Source: a virus. From it: a DNA stretch of 64,000 bases. Position numbers and translations under genes: made by a program. The stretch spans positions 125,714 to 189,713 of the IMG/VR virus record IMGVR_UViG_3300008952_000004. The stretch is one strand, 5' to 3'. Positions within the stretch are counted from its first letter, which is position 1; each line of letters opens with the position of its first letter. Shown here piece by piece: positions 27,933-36,012 of this stretch. The notes beneath the pieces are model-generated. The model worked only from the letters and a program-made list of their open reading frames with translations, was not told where the DNA came from and did not search any database.

Positions 27933-28592
27933 ATGAAAGATATAATGGAACAATGGAGAGAGTACTCCAGCGGAGACGCGACACAAACCCAATTAGATGA
28001 AGGGTTGATCGACGACGCCATGTCATGGGTCAAAGAGAAGGGCGCCGCAGCTAAAGAGGCGACCATAGATTTCTTTCAGAAGCTCAAGGTTGAGCTTGGT
28101 GAAACTAAGGAAGGCGCGCTTTTATTGGCTAAAATGGTGCGAGGCGAACAGCTAACGCCAGAAGAAGAACAAGCACTCACAACACAGGCTCAGGACATCG
28201 GCAAGGGTCTTCCACTGTTGGCAATATTTGTCTTGCCGGGAGGTGGCATAGCTGCTGCAGCGTTGGTGAAGTTAGCAAAGAAGTTTGGCGTCGACTTGAT
28301 GCCCACAGCATTTGCTGATGAGACGAATGAAAGCCCTATAAAAGAACGAGCAGTCAACGTGGGACCTATCTGGCGAAAATTTAAACCAGAGTTGCAAGCT
28401 GCCATGGCTGAGTTCATGACGTCATACCTCGCAAACCAGAATGAGGTGGAAGGCTTAGAAGATCTCAATCAAGAGCGTCTGGTCACGGCTATGACAACGG
28501 CTGCTACGTCTGAAGTGTCCAAGGTGTGTCTGGTCGTGAAAGCAACGCCAACCAAACACGGGATTCTGAACGCTGGGAAACAAAATAAGTGA
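27933..28592 (+). CDS. Class A-like leader + LETM1-like membrane segment
   Basis: MKDIMEQWREY; LTPEEE..DIGKGLPLLAIFVLPGG..LMPTAF resembles the bacterial LETM1-related motif. Confidence 0.6.
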   Translation: MKDIMEQWREYSSGDATQTQLDEGLIDDAMSWVKEKGAAAKEATIDFFQKLKVELGETKEGALLLAKMVRGEQLTPEEEQALTTQAQDIGKGLPLLAIFVLPGGGIAAAALVKLAKKFGVDLMPTAFADETNESPIKERAVNVGPIWRKFKPELQAAMAEFMTSYLANQNEVEGLEDLNQERLVTAMTTAATSEVSKVCLVVKATPTKHGILNAGKQNK

Positions 28593-29155
28593 AATTAATA
28601 ATGGAAAGTTGGCGAGGCTTCTTGAACGAGGGATCCAAAGAAACCATTGTAGCATTTTTCGGTTCCTCTGGCTCTGGTAAGAGTCACGCTAAGAAATACT
28701 TTGTAGATCAAGGCTGGCGCGAGATTAGAACCAACTCCACCCGCCCGCCAAGAGGGGCGGAGGATAAAGAATATAATTTCTGGTCCGAAGAAGAGTTCAA
28801 AGAACTCATGGACGCTGGCAAGCTCGTTAATACGAATGAATATCAAGGAAACTGGTATGGTACTCACGTTGATGATCTTAACGAGCCGGGTTCAGCCGTG
28901 ATGCTTACAGACACAACCAGCTTGGACAAGCTCAAGCAGGTAGCCGGGGATCGCCTTACCCTTGTGTACACCGCCCCACCTTCAGACGCAGAGATGGAAA
29001 AGAGACACAAGGATCGTGGCACACCAGAACGACTGGCAGTTGCAGCCGCTGAGAAGGAACGGGATACTGCCGAACTCGCGGATCGCGGCGACGTACTGAC
29101 CGTCAACAACCAACAAGAAATTGAAGATTTAGAGCAGCAATTGCGGGCTTTTTAG
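28589..29155 (+). CDS. gmk: Class A leader + guanylate kinase-like protein
   Basis: MKLIMESWRGFLNE; GSSGSGKS, STRPPRGAE..EYNF, EYQGNWYGT GMP-binding motifs. Confidence 0.8.
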   Translation: MKLIMESWRGFLNEGSKETIVAFFGSSGSGKSHAKKYFVDQGWREIRTNSTRPPRGAEDKEYNFWSEEEFKELMDAGKLVNTNEYQGNWYGTHVDDLNEPGSAVMLTDTTSLDKLKQVAGDRLTLVYTAPPSDAEMEKRHKDRGTPERLAVAAAEKERDTAELADRGDVLTVNNQQEIEDLEQQLRAF

Positions 29156-29212
29156 GCACTGACGCTCTACTTAGACCAACGCCAGAAGTGGCTGCAAAAT
29201 AGGAGGTAGAAC

Positions 29213-29347
29213 GTGGAATACTTTATTGTTTCCCCCAATCATCAGGAGCTATACGAACAGATCAAAAAGATCGTGGTTGACTGGAATATGGATCACCGAA
29301 TCAAAGTCGTTAAAAGTGCTCAAGGCTCTCTTTGCGAAAAAAAATAA
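29213..29347 (+). CDS. Small hypothetical protein (44 aa, absent from ORF track)
   Basis: AGGAGG SD, GTG start. Confidence 0.5.
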   Translation: MEYFIVSPNHQELYEQIKKIVVDWNMDHRIKVVKSAQGSLCEKK

Positions 29348-29469
29348 TTATTTTTACCTTAAAACCTCTTTTAGAAGTTTCAGCACTTAATTAATAACAG
29401 GTGTGTAAGACTATTCGCACCGCCTAATCCAATGAATTAGACTTTAAATTAATAGGAGAGCGACTATAA

Positions 29470-30093
29470 GTGGCACTAAAGGTCAAGGCTAAATACATAT
29501 TATCTTGGTTGTTAGCTACCAGCTTTATGTATTTCCTTGTACAGTTTGTCGTTACTGATGATTACTCTTTCATGATTCCTGCTGATCACGTGGTACCTTT
29601 CATTCCGGAATTTATATGGATATATCATACGCTTATGCCGGTTATTGTGATTAGTACTATCTTTTCAATGGAGCGCCGGGATGTGTTTTTTAATACTTTG
29701 CTGGCGTTAACGTTTTCTGTAATAATTTTAACTGCTTTTCATATTCTCTTTCCATCGTTTTATCCACGACAAGAAATAGAAGCTGACTCATTATCTCTGA
29801 TGCTGGTGGAGTTTACGAGATTGGTGGATGCTTCCTGTAACACTTTTCCGTCCGGTCATGTAACGTTTGCTTGGATCCTGTACTTTTGTATTAGAGACGC
29901 AAATTGTTTAAAAAGAACAAAGGTTCTCCATCTAGCCTACTTACTATGGGCTATATTAATAGCCGTGTCTACAATTGTACTAAAGCAGCATTATTTATTC
30001 GATGTTGCCGCCGGGGTTTTATTGGCTTGGTGCAGCGTGGTTGTGGCAAAGAGAACAAGAGGCGGCTTTATAGGTGGAAAACGACACTCCTGA
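29470..30093 (+). CDS. PAP2-superfamily membrane phosphatase/phosphotransferase (AUR1/IPC synthase-like)
   Basis: Multiple TM helices, NTFPSGHV and STIVLKQHYLFDVAAG motifs. Confidence 0.85.
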   Translation: MALKVKAKYILSWLLATSFMYFLVQFVVTDDYSFMIPADHVVPFIPEFIWIYHTLMPVIVISTIFSMERRDVFFNTLLALTFSVIILTAFHILFPSFYPRQEIEADSLSLMLVEFTRLVDASCNTFPSGHVTFAWILYFCIRDANCLKRTKVLHLAYLLWAILIAVSTIVLKQHYLFDVAAGVLLAWCSVVVAKRTRGGFIGGKRHS

Positions 30094-30700
30094 AGATTAT
30101 CAGCGTCAAAAAAATCTGACAATAATTTGTGAGATTTTGCAGACTGATTATGTTTCTCTCTCGTTTAAAGAGTCAACCATAATGGAGAGCGAGGGCAAAT
30201 CAACACATATTGAGTGCGTCATTAAAGAATCGTCAGGCGCTGAAAGACTTATCAGCGGCACCGGTCTTGGCGCGGTAGATGCTTTGTTTAATGCATTAAT
30301 TAAAACATATATGTCGACCTGCATCACATTGGAAGACATAGTTGTGCAAGAATTTCATATTTTTGTCGACCGGACAGATTTAAGGAGACGTCATAGAACA
30401 GGGCATCTTGGCGCCGATGCGCTAGTTAATACTTGCTTGGTGATCAATAACGGTCTTGGTCCTATCGTCCCGTTTCGCAGTCAAAATACGTCAGCAGTAC
30501 GTGCAATGCTAGATGTAGTTTTGTCAGCGATTGAATTTTATATAAATTCCGAACAAGCTGTACGGCGATTAAGGGAATATATAGAGGACGCAAGAAGCCG
30601 ACGACGCCAAGACTTAGTGGAATTTTATACTTCAAGGATGGTCGACTTGGTTAAAAATGTGTCATACGAAAGAGTGTTACGAGGTGTTGATGAAAATTAG
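30074..30700 (+). CDS. Stand-alone 2-isopropylmalate synthase (LeuA) regulatory-domain-like protein
   Basis: ISGTGLGAVDALFNAL, GADA, SAVRAMLDVVLSAIE follow the allosteric domain pattern GxGPVDAxxxAL..DA..S. Confidence 0.6.
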   Translation: MENDTPEDYQRQKNLTIICEILQTDYVSLSFKESTIMESEGKSTHIECVIKESSGAERLISGTGLGAVDALFNALIKTYMSTCITLEDIVVQEFHIFVDRTDLRRRHRTGHLGADALVNTCLVINNGLGPIVPFRSQNTSAVRAMLDVVLSAIEFYINSEQAVRRLREYIEDARSRRRQDLVEFYTSRMVDLVKNVSYERVLRGVDEN

Positions 30701-31034
30701 TTCTAAAATAAAGAAGGCAACTGACGATGCTTGTCGACAGCTAACGCAAGGAGCTTTAATAAGATACCTCGATATTTATAGTGTCGCCATCGAGGATACG
30801 CTTAAAACTCAATATGACCTTTCAGCATTACCGAAAGATTGTGTTGGAATGGTGGTTGATGTGTTCGCGGCTTCTTCTTGGGATCCAACAACTAATCAAG
30901 AAGAGGTTTTTTGGAATTATGAAATATACAGGACCGAAGGCTTTAGAGAAGTGATAACGAGTGAAGATATTTCTTGGCTCTTGAAAGAGGGGCACTTCGA
31001 AATACTTTGGTCACCGGAGAAAAACAATGAGTGA
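30690..31034 (+). CDS. Hypothetical protein
   Basis: GAGGTG SD before ATG 30690. Confidence 0.55.
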   Translation: MKISSKIKKATDDACRQLTQGALIRYLDIYSVAIEDTLKTQYDLSALPKDCVGMVVDVFAASSWDPTTNQEEVFWNYEIYRTEGFREVITSEDISWLLKEGHFEILWSPEKNNE

Positions 31035-31470
31035 AATAGTTATGGACCGGACCAAACTTAAAATACCTTGCGAGCCGGTTACTAGTTTAGAAGAGGGCAT
31101 GGAAATCGCAAACCGCCTTATTCAGATTCTTGATAGACAATCTAATGCTGTTGGGTTGGCAGCGAATCAGGCGGGTATAAACAAACAGGTGTGTGTTATC
31201 AGGGTCGATCGCACGCTAATTTTAATAAATCCTGAAATAGTTGATGTGTCTGGAGAGATTTCTTATACTGAGGGGTGCTTATCGTTTCCGAATGAACAAG
31301 TCGCGACAAAAAGATTTTTTTCAATTTCTGTTAAAGCCGATAATTATAAAGAAATTCAGAGTTTTATACCAAACGGTCCAAACAGTCTGTTGGAATGTGT
31401 TTGTATACAACATGAAGTTGATCACCTGATGGGGTTGACGATGCACGATCGCGCAAGGGAGGATGTGTAG
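31027..31470 (+). CDS. def: Peptide deformylase
   Basis: GLAANQ, EGCLS, QHEVDHL motifs. Confidence 0.93.
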   Translation: MSEIVMDRTKLKIPCEPVTSLEEGMEIANRLIQILDRQSNAVGLAANQAGINKQVCVIRVDRTLILINPEIVDVSGEISYTEGCLSFPNEQVATKRFFSISVKADNYKEIQSFIPNGPNSLLECVCIQHEVDHLMGLTMHDRAREDV

Positions 31471-31473
31471 CTT

Positions 31474-31668
31474 ATGTCTAGGATGCTTATAAAAAAAATA
31501 ATTACTCTATTAGAAGAGAGAATAGATGAACATGAGCCCTTTCTTGCTGATGACGAGGGTTATCACGAGGGATATATTGACGCCTGCCGCTGGCTCGAAA
31601 ACAAAGTAGAAGACATGGTTTTAGACTATAACGAGTTAGACGAGGATGAAAACGATCAACAATGGTAA
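31474..31668 (+). CDS. Hypothetical acidic protein
   Basis: GGAGG SD; 64 aa. Confidence 0.5.
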   Translation: MSRMLIKKIITLLEERIDEHEPFLADDEGYHEGYIDACRWLENKVEDMVLDYNELDEDENDQQW

Positions 31669-31889
31669 AAAAAGAAAATTATAATGAATTTAAAGTTGGT
31701 GACATGATAAGAATAACAAAAGCGCAAGATTGTGTTGGGTTTATTTTAGAATTATCGGATACGTGGACACCCAGCCAAAAACACCACGCTAAGGTTTTCT
31801 GGATTGCGGGGGACTATGCTGAAACTTCATCTGCGCCAACTTGGATGCCTGTAAACTTATTAGAATGTATATCAAAAAATAAAAATTGA
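31662..31889 (+). CDS. SH3/KOW-like small protein (VGD family)
   Basis: FKVGDMI..GFILE..LLECIS. Confidence 0.6.
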   Translation: MVKKENYNEFKVGDMIRITKAQDCVGFILELSDTWTPSQKHHAKVFWIAGDYAETSSAPTWMPVNLLECISKNKN

Positions 31890-31911
31890 AAAGCCAAAAA
31901 GAGAGTGCGTC

Positions 31912-32187
31912 TTGACAGATATAAAAATTATTAAATATCAGTATCAGGTGGGTGATTTAATCACGTTCAGACGCTACAACGCAACAGCAATTCGCCGGGA
32001 AGAAGTGGTTGCTCTTGTCGTAAAGAGAAATGTGCTGAGTTCATTTTGGTATGAAGAAGCAGAAAGAAAAGTTTTTCAAACGGGGCAAGATTTTCTGATC
32101 TACGATGTTGTGGTTTGTGACAGCGGTCAGCGATTTTCTATTAAAGAAGGAGATATTATAAGAGTTATTTCAACAAAGGATGATTAA
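31912..32187 (+). CDS. SH3/KOW-like small protein (VGD family)
   Basis: YQVGDLI..ALVV..IRVIS. Confidence 0.55.
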   Translation: MTDIKIIKYQYQVGDLITFRRYNATAIRREEVVALVVKRNVLSSFWYEEAERKVFQTGQDFLIYDVVVCDSGQRFSIKEGDIIRVISTKDD

Positions 32188-32219
32188 CATTTATCTTTAT
32201 TTGTATTATTATTGTTACT

Positions 32220-33173
32220 ATGGAAAACATAAATACTATCTTTAGAGATCGTGGTGGATACGTTGGATTGGTGGATCGCGTTGGCAGCGACTTAACCATA
32301 CTTAACAATCCCCATTCGTCTCCCGACAAAAAACTTGAAATAACCGATGCAGACCATTATAAAATTGAGCGTTTGATCGATCGAGAGCGTGATGACGTGC
32401 TAGCTGGTTGCAGTGCGATGTTTAAGATTCGCGCCCCGCTCTTTGTTGCTCGCGAACATACGTCTTTAGCTGATTGGAATTGCACCGAACTAGACAAATA
32501 TCTTGCAACTCCAAACACAAAGTTTTACGAACCCGGTGCTTATAGAGCGCAGGTTCGACATGGGTTCGATGAAGAAGTAATTAATCCCGTCTTGCAAGAT
32601 AAAGTTAGACTAGCTAGATTTCGAGTCTATCGCACCACTCGTGCATTAAGTATGCATCACGAAATGTCGTTGCAGCTATACAAAAATATGGTACAAGCGG
32701 GCATATGCCAAGAACAGGCTATGGCAACGTTGCCGCAAAACGTCTATGTCGAATATTACGCTGCTGCTAGTTTAGACAATATTTTAAAGTTTACAAACTT
32801 AATCACTGATGAAAAATCTTTACCAGAATTGAGAGAGATCGCGAAAGCCGTACTAAATATAATTAGAGAAGAGTTTCCTGTGACTACACACAAATGGGAA
32901 AGCTCTGTTCGTAGAAAAAAAGCTGAAGTCGCTCAAAGATTTAATAAACTAAGTCAATTGATTGATGCTAGTGAGAAACTGCACCAAGCACAAGTTGAAC
33001 AAATTATAAAAATTAAAGAGCGCTTCCTTCATGGCGAGGAGAAAAATAAAGATGAAAATGCCGAAAATAACATATCAAAAGGGCAGCAAGGGTCAGGAAG
33101 TTCGGAGGCTCCAAAAAGCACTGGGCGTAAAGCCCGATGGAGTTTTTGGAAAAAGAACAGGAGAAGCGGTTAA
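32220..33173 (+). CDS. ThyX (FAD-dependent thymidylate synthase)-like protein with degenerate active site
   Basis: GYVGLVD..GSDLTI, FKIRAPLFVARE, GICQEQA..LPQ, ELREIAKAV; the RHRx7S motif is missing. Confidence 0.7.
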   Translation: MENINTIFRDRGGYVGLVDRVGSDLTILNNPHSSPDKKLEITDADHYKIERLIDRERDDVLAGCSAMFKIRAPLFVAREHTSLADWNCTELDKYLATPNTKFYEPGAYRAQVRHGFDEEVINPVLQDKVRLARFRVYRTTRALSMHHEMSLQLYKNMVQAGICQEQAMATLPQNVYVEYYAAASLDNILKFTNLITDEKSLPELREIAKAVLNIIREEFPVTTHKWESSVRRKKAEVAQRFNKLSQLIDASEKLHQAQVEQIIKIKERFLHGEEKNKDENAENNISKGQQGSGSSEAPKSTGRKARWSFWKKNRRSG

Positions 33174-33891
33174 GCTTTATCAGTTCGATAATCAACTGAG
33201 CACGGATGGCATTGTTGGACCTTTGACCTTAGCTTCCTTGGGACTTGAACATTCCCATGGCATTGATGTTAGTCGTTGGAATGGCAATATCCGCTGGGGC
33301 AATATTGATTTAGACAATTGTCAATACGCTTGGGTTAAATGTTCACAAGGTGTTGATTGGTATGATAAGAAGAGGGAGCATAATTTCCAAGGCGCCCGAT
33401 CAATGAACATCCCAGTTGGTGGATATCATTTTCCGTCGCCCCACATCGGCAACTCTCAAGATCCAAAGAAAGAGGTGCAGCAATTCCTTCGGGCGCTGGG
33501 AACCATTCAGTCTGGTGATATGTTACCAGTGCTGGACCTAGAAGCGGGGGTTAAAGGTGACCCCGAGCACAATAGACAGTGGGCTTTGGAATTCTTAAAA
33601 GAATTTGAAGCCGAAACTGGAATCCGTTGTGCAGTTTATACTGCTAGATGGTATGTGGGTTCGTACCTTAAAGGGAAGATTGGCGATCTTAAAAATTATC
33701 CGCTATGGGTTGCGGACTATACCAACAGCAGAACAGAACCAGATTCTCTATGCGGCTGGGATGAATGGTCTATTTGGCAATGGACAGGTAGTGGCTATGT
33801 CGCAGGGCTGGACGAAACAGGCATACGCAGGGTGGACCGAAATATTATCCCCGGTGGAAAAGCTGGCTTTGATAAGCTAAGGGTAAAATAA
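33052..33891 (+). CDS. Endolysin: peptidoglycan-binding domain + GH25 muramidase
   Basis: KGQEVRRLQKAL..DGVFG..T..AVK..Q..DGIVGPLT; GIDVSRWNG, VKCSQG, GYHF, DLE, LWVADY, WQW, VDRN. Confidence 0.92.
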   Translation: MKMPKITYQKGSKGQEVRRLQKALGVKPDGVFGKRTGEAVKLYQFDNQLSTDGIVGPLTLASLGLEHSHGIDVSRWNGNIRWGNIDLDNCQYAWVKCSQGVDWYDKKREHNFQGARSMNIPVGGYHFPSPHIGNSQDPKKEVQQFLRALGTIQSGDMLPVLDLEAGVKGDPEHNRQWALEFLKEFEAETGIRCAVYTARWYVGSYLKGKIGDLKNYPLWVADYTNSRTEPDSLCGWDEWSIWQWTGSGYVAGLDETGIRRVDRNIIPGGKAGFDKLRVK

Positions 33892-33892
33892 T

Positions 33893-34018
33893 ATGTATAG
33901 AATTAAAATGGTCTGGGCTGCTATTAAGCACAAGTTGGGTCTTGGAAAACATATGACTCGACTTGACGCAGCTAAATTAATCCTTGCTTGGGCAATTATT
34001 AATAAATTTTTATTTTAA
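33893..34018 (+). CDS. Small hypothetical protein (41 aa, absent from ORF track)
   Basis: Starts 1 nt after the lysin stop. Confidence 0.4.
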   Translation: MYRIKMVWAAIKHKLGLGKHMTRLDAAKLILAWAIINKFLF

Positions 34019-34050
34019 ATTGCGATTCAACTGTTTAATCCCCTAATTAA

Positions 34051-34533
34051 AATAAGGACATAAGGAGGCAGTCGAATTTACAGCATGGGATAACTTGGCA
34101 AATAGGACTAGCGCTCTTCGTCGCCAACTTCTATGAGTGGGTAGTTCACAAATATGTTTTACACAATTTAGGTAAAAAATATAAGTTCTTACGCTTTCAC
34201 TGGTCCCATCATCAATCAACTCGAAAAACAGATGGTTATGACTTTGACTACAAAACTTTATTTCCATTATCAAAAGAAGCAATCTCGCTTCTTTTTTCGT
34301 TTGTGCTCCATATTCCCTTGTTTTGGTTCTTTCCGTATTTCGCCGCTACAATGGGAGTCTATGCTCTTGCTTACTTCGTTGTGCATCGCAAAGCACACTT
34401 AGACCCAATCTGGGGGAGAAGGTGGATTCCTTGGCACTTTGACCACCACATGGGAAAGAACCAAGACCTGAACTGGTGTGTGCTGTTTCCATTATGGGAT
34501 TATATCTTAGGTACAAGAAAAAAATATAATTAA
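34051..34533 (+). CDS. Fatty acid hydroxylase/sterol desaturase-family membrane protein, start codon anomalous
   Basis: Frame is open from 34051, with His boxes EWVVHKYVLH, FHWSHH, VHRKAH, WHFDHH and LWDYILGT; first canonical in-frame start is GTG 34303, downstream of two His boxes. Confidence 0.75.
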   Translation, partial: NKDIRRQSNLQHGITWQIGLALFVANFYEWVVHKYVLHNLGKKYKFLRFHWSHHQSTRKTDGYDFDYKTLFPLSKEAISLLFSFVLHIPLFWFFPYFAATMGVYALAYFVVHRKAHLDPIWGRRWIPWHFDHHMGKNQDLNWCVLFPLWDYILGTRKKYN

Positions 34534-34551
34534 GTGTGAGGAGAAAATAAA

Positions 34552-34668
34552 ATGACATATAGCATGAATGAATGCTGGAGCGATGCAATATTGCTCGTAC
34601 TGGCAACCGCAGGTGTTTTCCTGCTTGTATTATTGCCCAGTGTTTTTAAAAAAAATAAAAAAAAGTGA
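34552..34668 (+). CDS. Small single-TM protein (38 aa, absent from ORF track)
   Basis: GAGGAG SD; ILLVLATAGVFLLVLLP followed by a basic tail. Confidence 0.5.
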   Translation: MTYSMNECWSDAILLVLATAGVFLLVLLPSVFKKNKKK

Positions 34669-34678
34669 CAATTAATAC

Positions 34679-34707
34679 TTGACTTTCTTATCAAACCATG
34701 GTCTAAT
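34679..34707 (+). promoter_or_regulatory. Early promoter (ATGT class)
   Basis: TTGACT-N17-TCTAAT, TGn, N4-ATGT. Confidence 0.65.
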
Positions 34708-35020
34708 GTATATGTAAGTTGGTTGAGAGGGGTGCCCCCGTCATAGGGTAAGTTAACAACTCGACTCTTAACCGCTTCGCTCTTTTCAAAACTGGAAGGC
34801 GGGCACCCTCAGAGGTGCTGCAATCTGTGGGGGACACAGGCGATCTGTCAGCATTCAAGATCACCGGGCACTTTAAAGTGGCATGCCGGTTGCGGTGTTG
34901 GAGTCGTTGCGGAAGCGTGATTCTGGAGAACGTCAATAAAAGGCGGGAGGAATTGTTAGGCTGTGTCTGGCGTGGGGAAGTTGGGAACTCCATGCACTTT
35001 TTGGATTGCCAATATGGGAG
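34708..35020 (+). ncRNA. Candidate structured non-coding RNA/long leader
   Basis: About 310 nt GC-rich segment after a promoter; GGGTGCCC (34730-37) can pair with GGGCACCC (34801-08); CACTTTAAAGTG hairpin; no SD-supported long ORF. Confidence 0.35.
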
Positions 35021-35027
35021 AATTATT

Positions 35028-35348
35028 TTGGCTTTAGATTTTTCAGATTTTACTTTTGTTCCGTGTGCATCAGGTGGTGCTAAGGGAGATGGGGCTGTTT
35101 TAGTTCCTCTGTCCTCAGTGGTATCTAGTGATGGTCCTCCTTCTACTATTGCGGTTGTTGATTGTGGTGGTAGATCTGTTGCTTATGATGGTGGAGGTAG
35201 AGTTTCTTACGTTGATTCTCTTGCTGGTACTGAAGCTTTTATAGGTTGGTCTTATTGGGAAGCAGAAGCCACTGAGGCTTTGGACGGTCCATGTGTTAAT
35301 CTTGTTGTTCTTGCTGATGGTTTTGATCCGGCTGATTATCGCGGTTAA
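35028..35348 (+). CDS. Hypothetical protein, paralog of 43908-44189
   Basis: GGAG SD + TTG 35028; LDFSDFTFVP..VLVPLSS..FIGWSYW..CVNLVV. Confidence 0.65.
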   Translation: MALDFSDFTFVPCASGGAKGDGAVLVPLSSVVSSDGPPSTIAVVDCGGRSVAYDGGGRVSYVDSLAGTEAFIGWSYWEAEATEALDGPCVNLVVLADGFDPADYRG

Positions 35349-35365
35349 AATAAATTAAAAAGTAC

Positions 35366-35393
35366 TTGACTTTCTCTGAGAATATGCTATTAT
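35366..35393 (+). promoter_or_regulatory. Early promoter (ATGT class)
   Basis: TTGACT-N16-TATTAT, TGn, N4-ATGT. Confidence 0.7.
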
Positions 35394-35427
35394 GTATATG
35401 TAAGATAAAGAAATAAAGGAAATAAAA

Positions 35428-35790
35428 ATGCCAGCACTTCCCATTTATGATAGAAACTTTACTCAAGAGGAAATTGACTTTGGGTTCGAGAAGTTTCTCG
35501 AAGGTCTTCAACAACTCGTTGCCGATCATTATGCCGATAACTTTCCTACGCTGACACCACAAGAAATTCGCGTCGACGCAGGTCGAGTTTATTGGAAGCT
35601 AGTCAAGCATACTCCAGGCAGCGACATGCATACCTCTGTTCACTGCTTTGTCCGAAAAGCTGACGGAGCGATTCTCAAGTCTGCGACTTGGAGAGCACCT
35701 GCCTTAAATCACGCACGTGGGTTTGTCACCGAATCGGACTTCGGTCTTCACTGTGTTGGTCCTTATGGCGCTGTCTATTTACGAGGGTAG
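35428..35790 (+). CDS. Conserved phage-type hypothetical protein
   Basis: SVHCFVRKADGAILKSATWRAPA..ARG, a motif recalled from small phage early proteins. Confidence 0.65.
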   Translation: MPALPIYDRNFTQEEIDFGFEKFLEGLQQLVADHYADNFPTLTPQEIRVDAGRVYWKLVKHTPGSDMHTSVHCFVRKADGAILKSATWRAPALNHARGFVTESDFGLHCVGPYGAVYLRG

Positions 35791-35793
35791 AGG

Positions 35794-36009
35794 TTGTCAG
35801 TGAAAGTCGGCGACCTTGTTAAGATAAAGAACATTCCTGAAGTTGTGCGCGTGCACGTGCCCGATAACGTTAATGTCGAGTCTGTCGGGATTGTGATGGA
35901 ATGGAAGTCCCACTATGAATATCCCCACGGGCTTATTCTTTGGAATGCTCATCATGATTGGTGTATAGAATATGAAGAAGATTTGAAGTTAATAAGTGAA
36001 GCAGCATAA
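35794..36009 (+). CDS. SH3/KOW-like small protein (MKVGDLV family)
   Basis: VKVGDLVKI..GIVME..LKLISEA. Confidence 0.7.
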   Translation: MSVKVGDLVKIKNIPEVVRVHVPDNVNVESVGIVMEWKSHYEYPHGLILWNAHHDWCIEYEEDLKLISEAA

Positions 36010-36012
36010 GGA

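Noticed and set aside
20437-33173. Long overlaps (glutaredoxin/20437, ThyX-like/endolysin) as dual-coding systems
   Set aside because: In both cases the overlap is a low-complexity tail beyond the conserved domain, consistent with simple stop-codon drift.
34708-35020. tmRNA or cobalamin riboswitch identity for the GC-rich leader (TGATTCTGGA, TGCCCCCG and GGAAGGC words; a B12-dependent RNR is nearby)
   Set aside because: There is no tRNA-like 3' end with T arm and CCA, and no GCnACTGT or AGYCAGnAnACC B12 elements in the right order. It is kept only as an unassigned ncRNA candidate.
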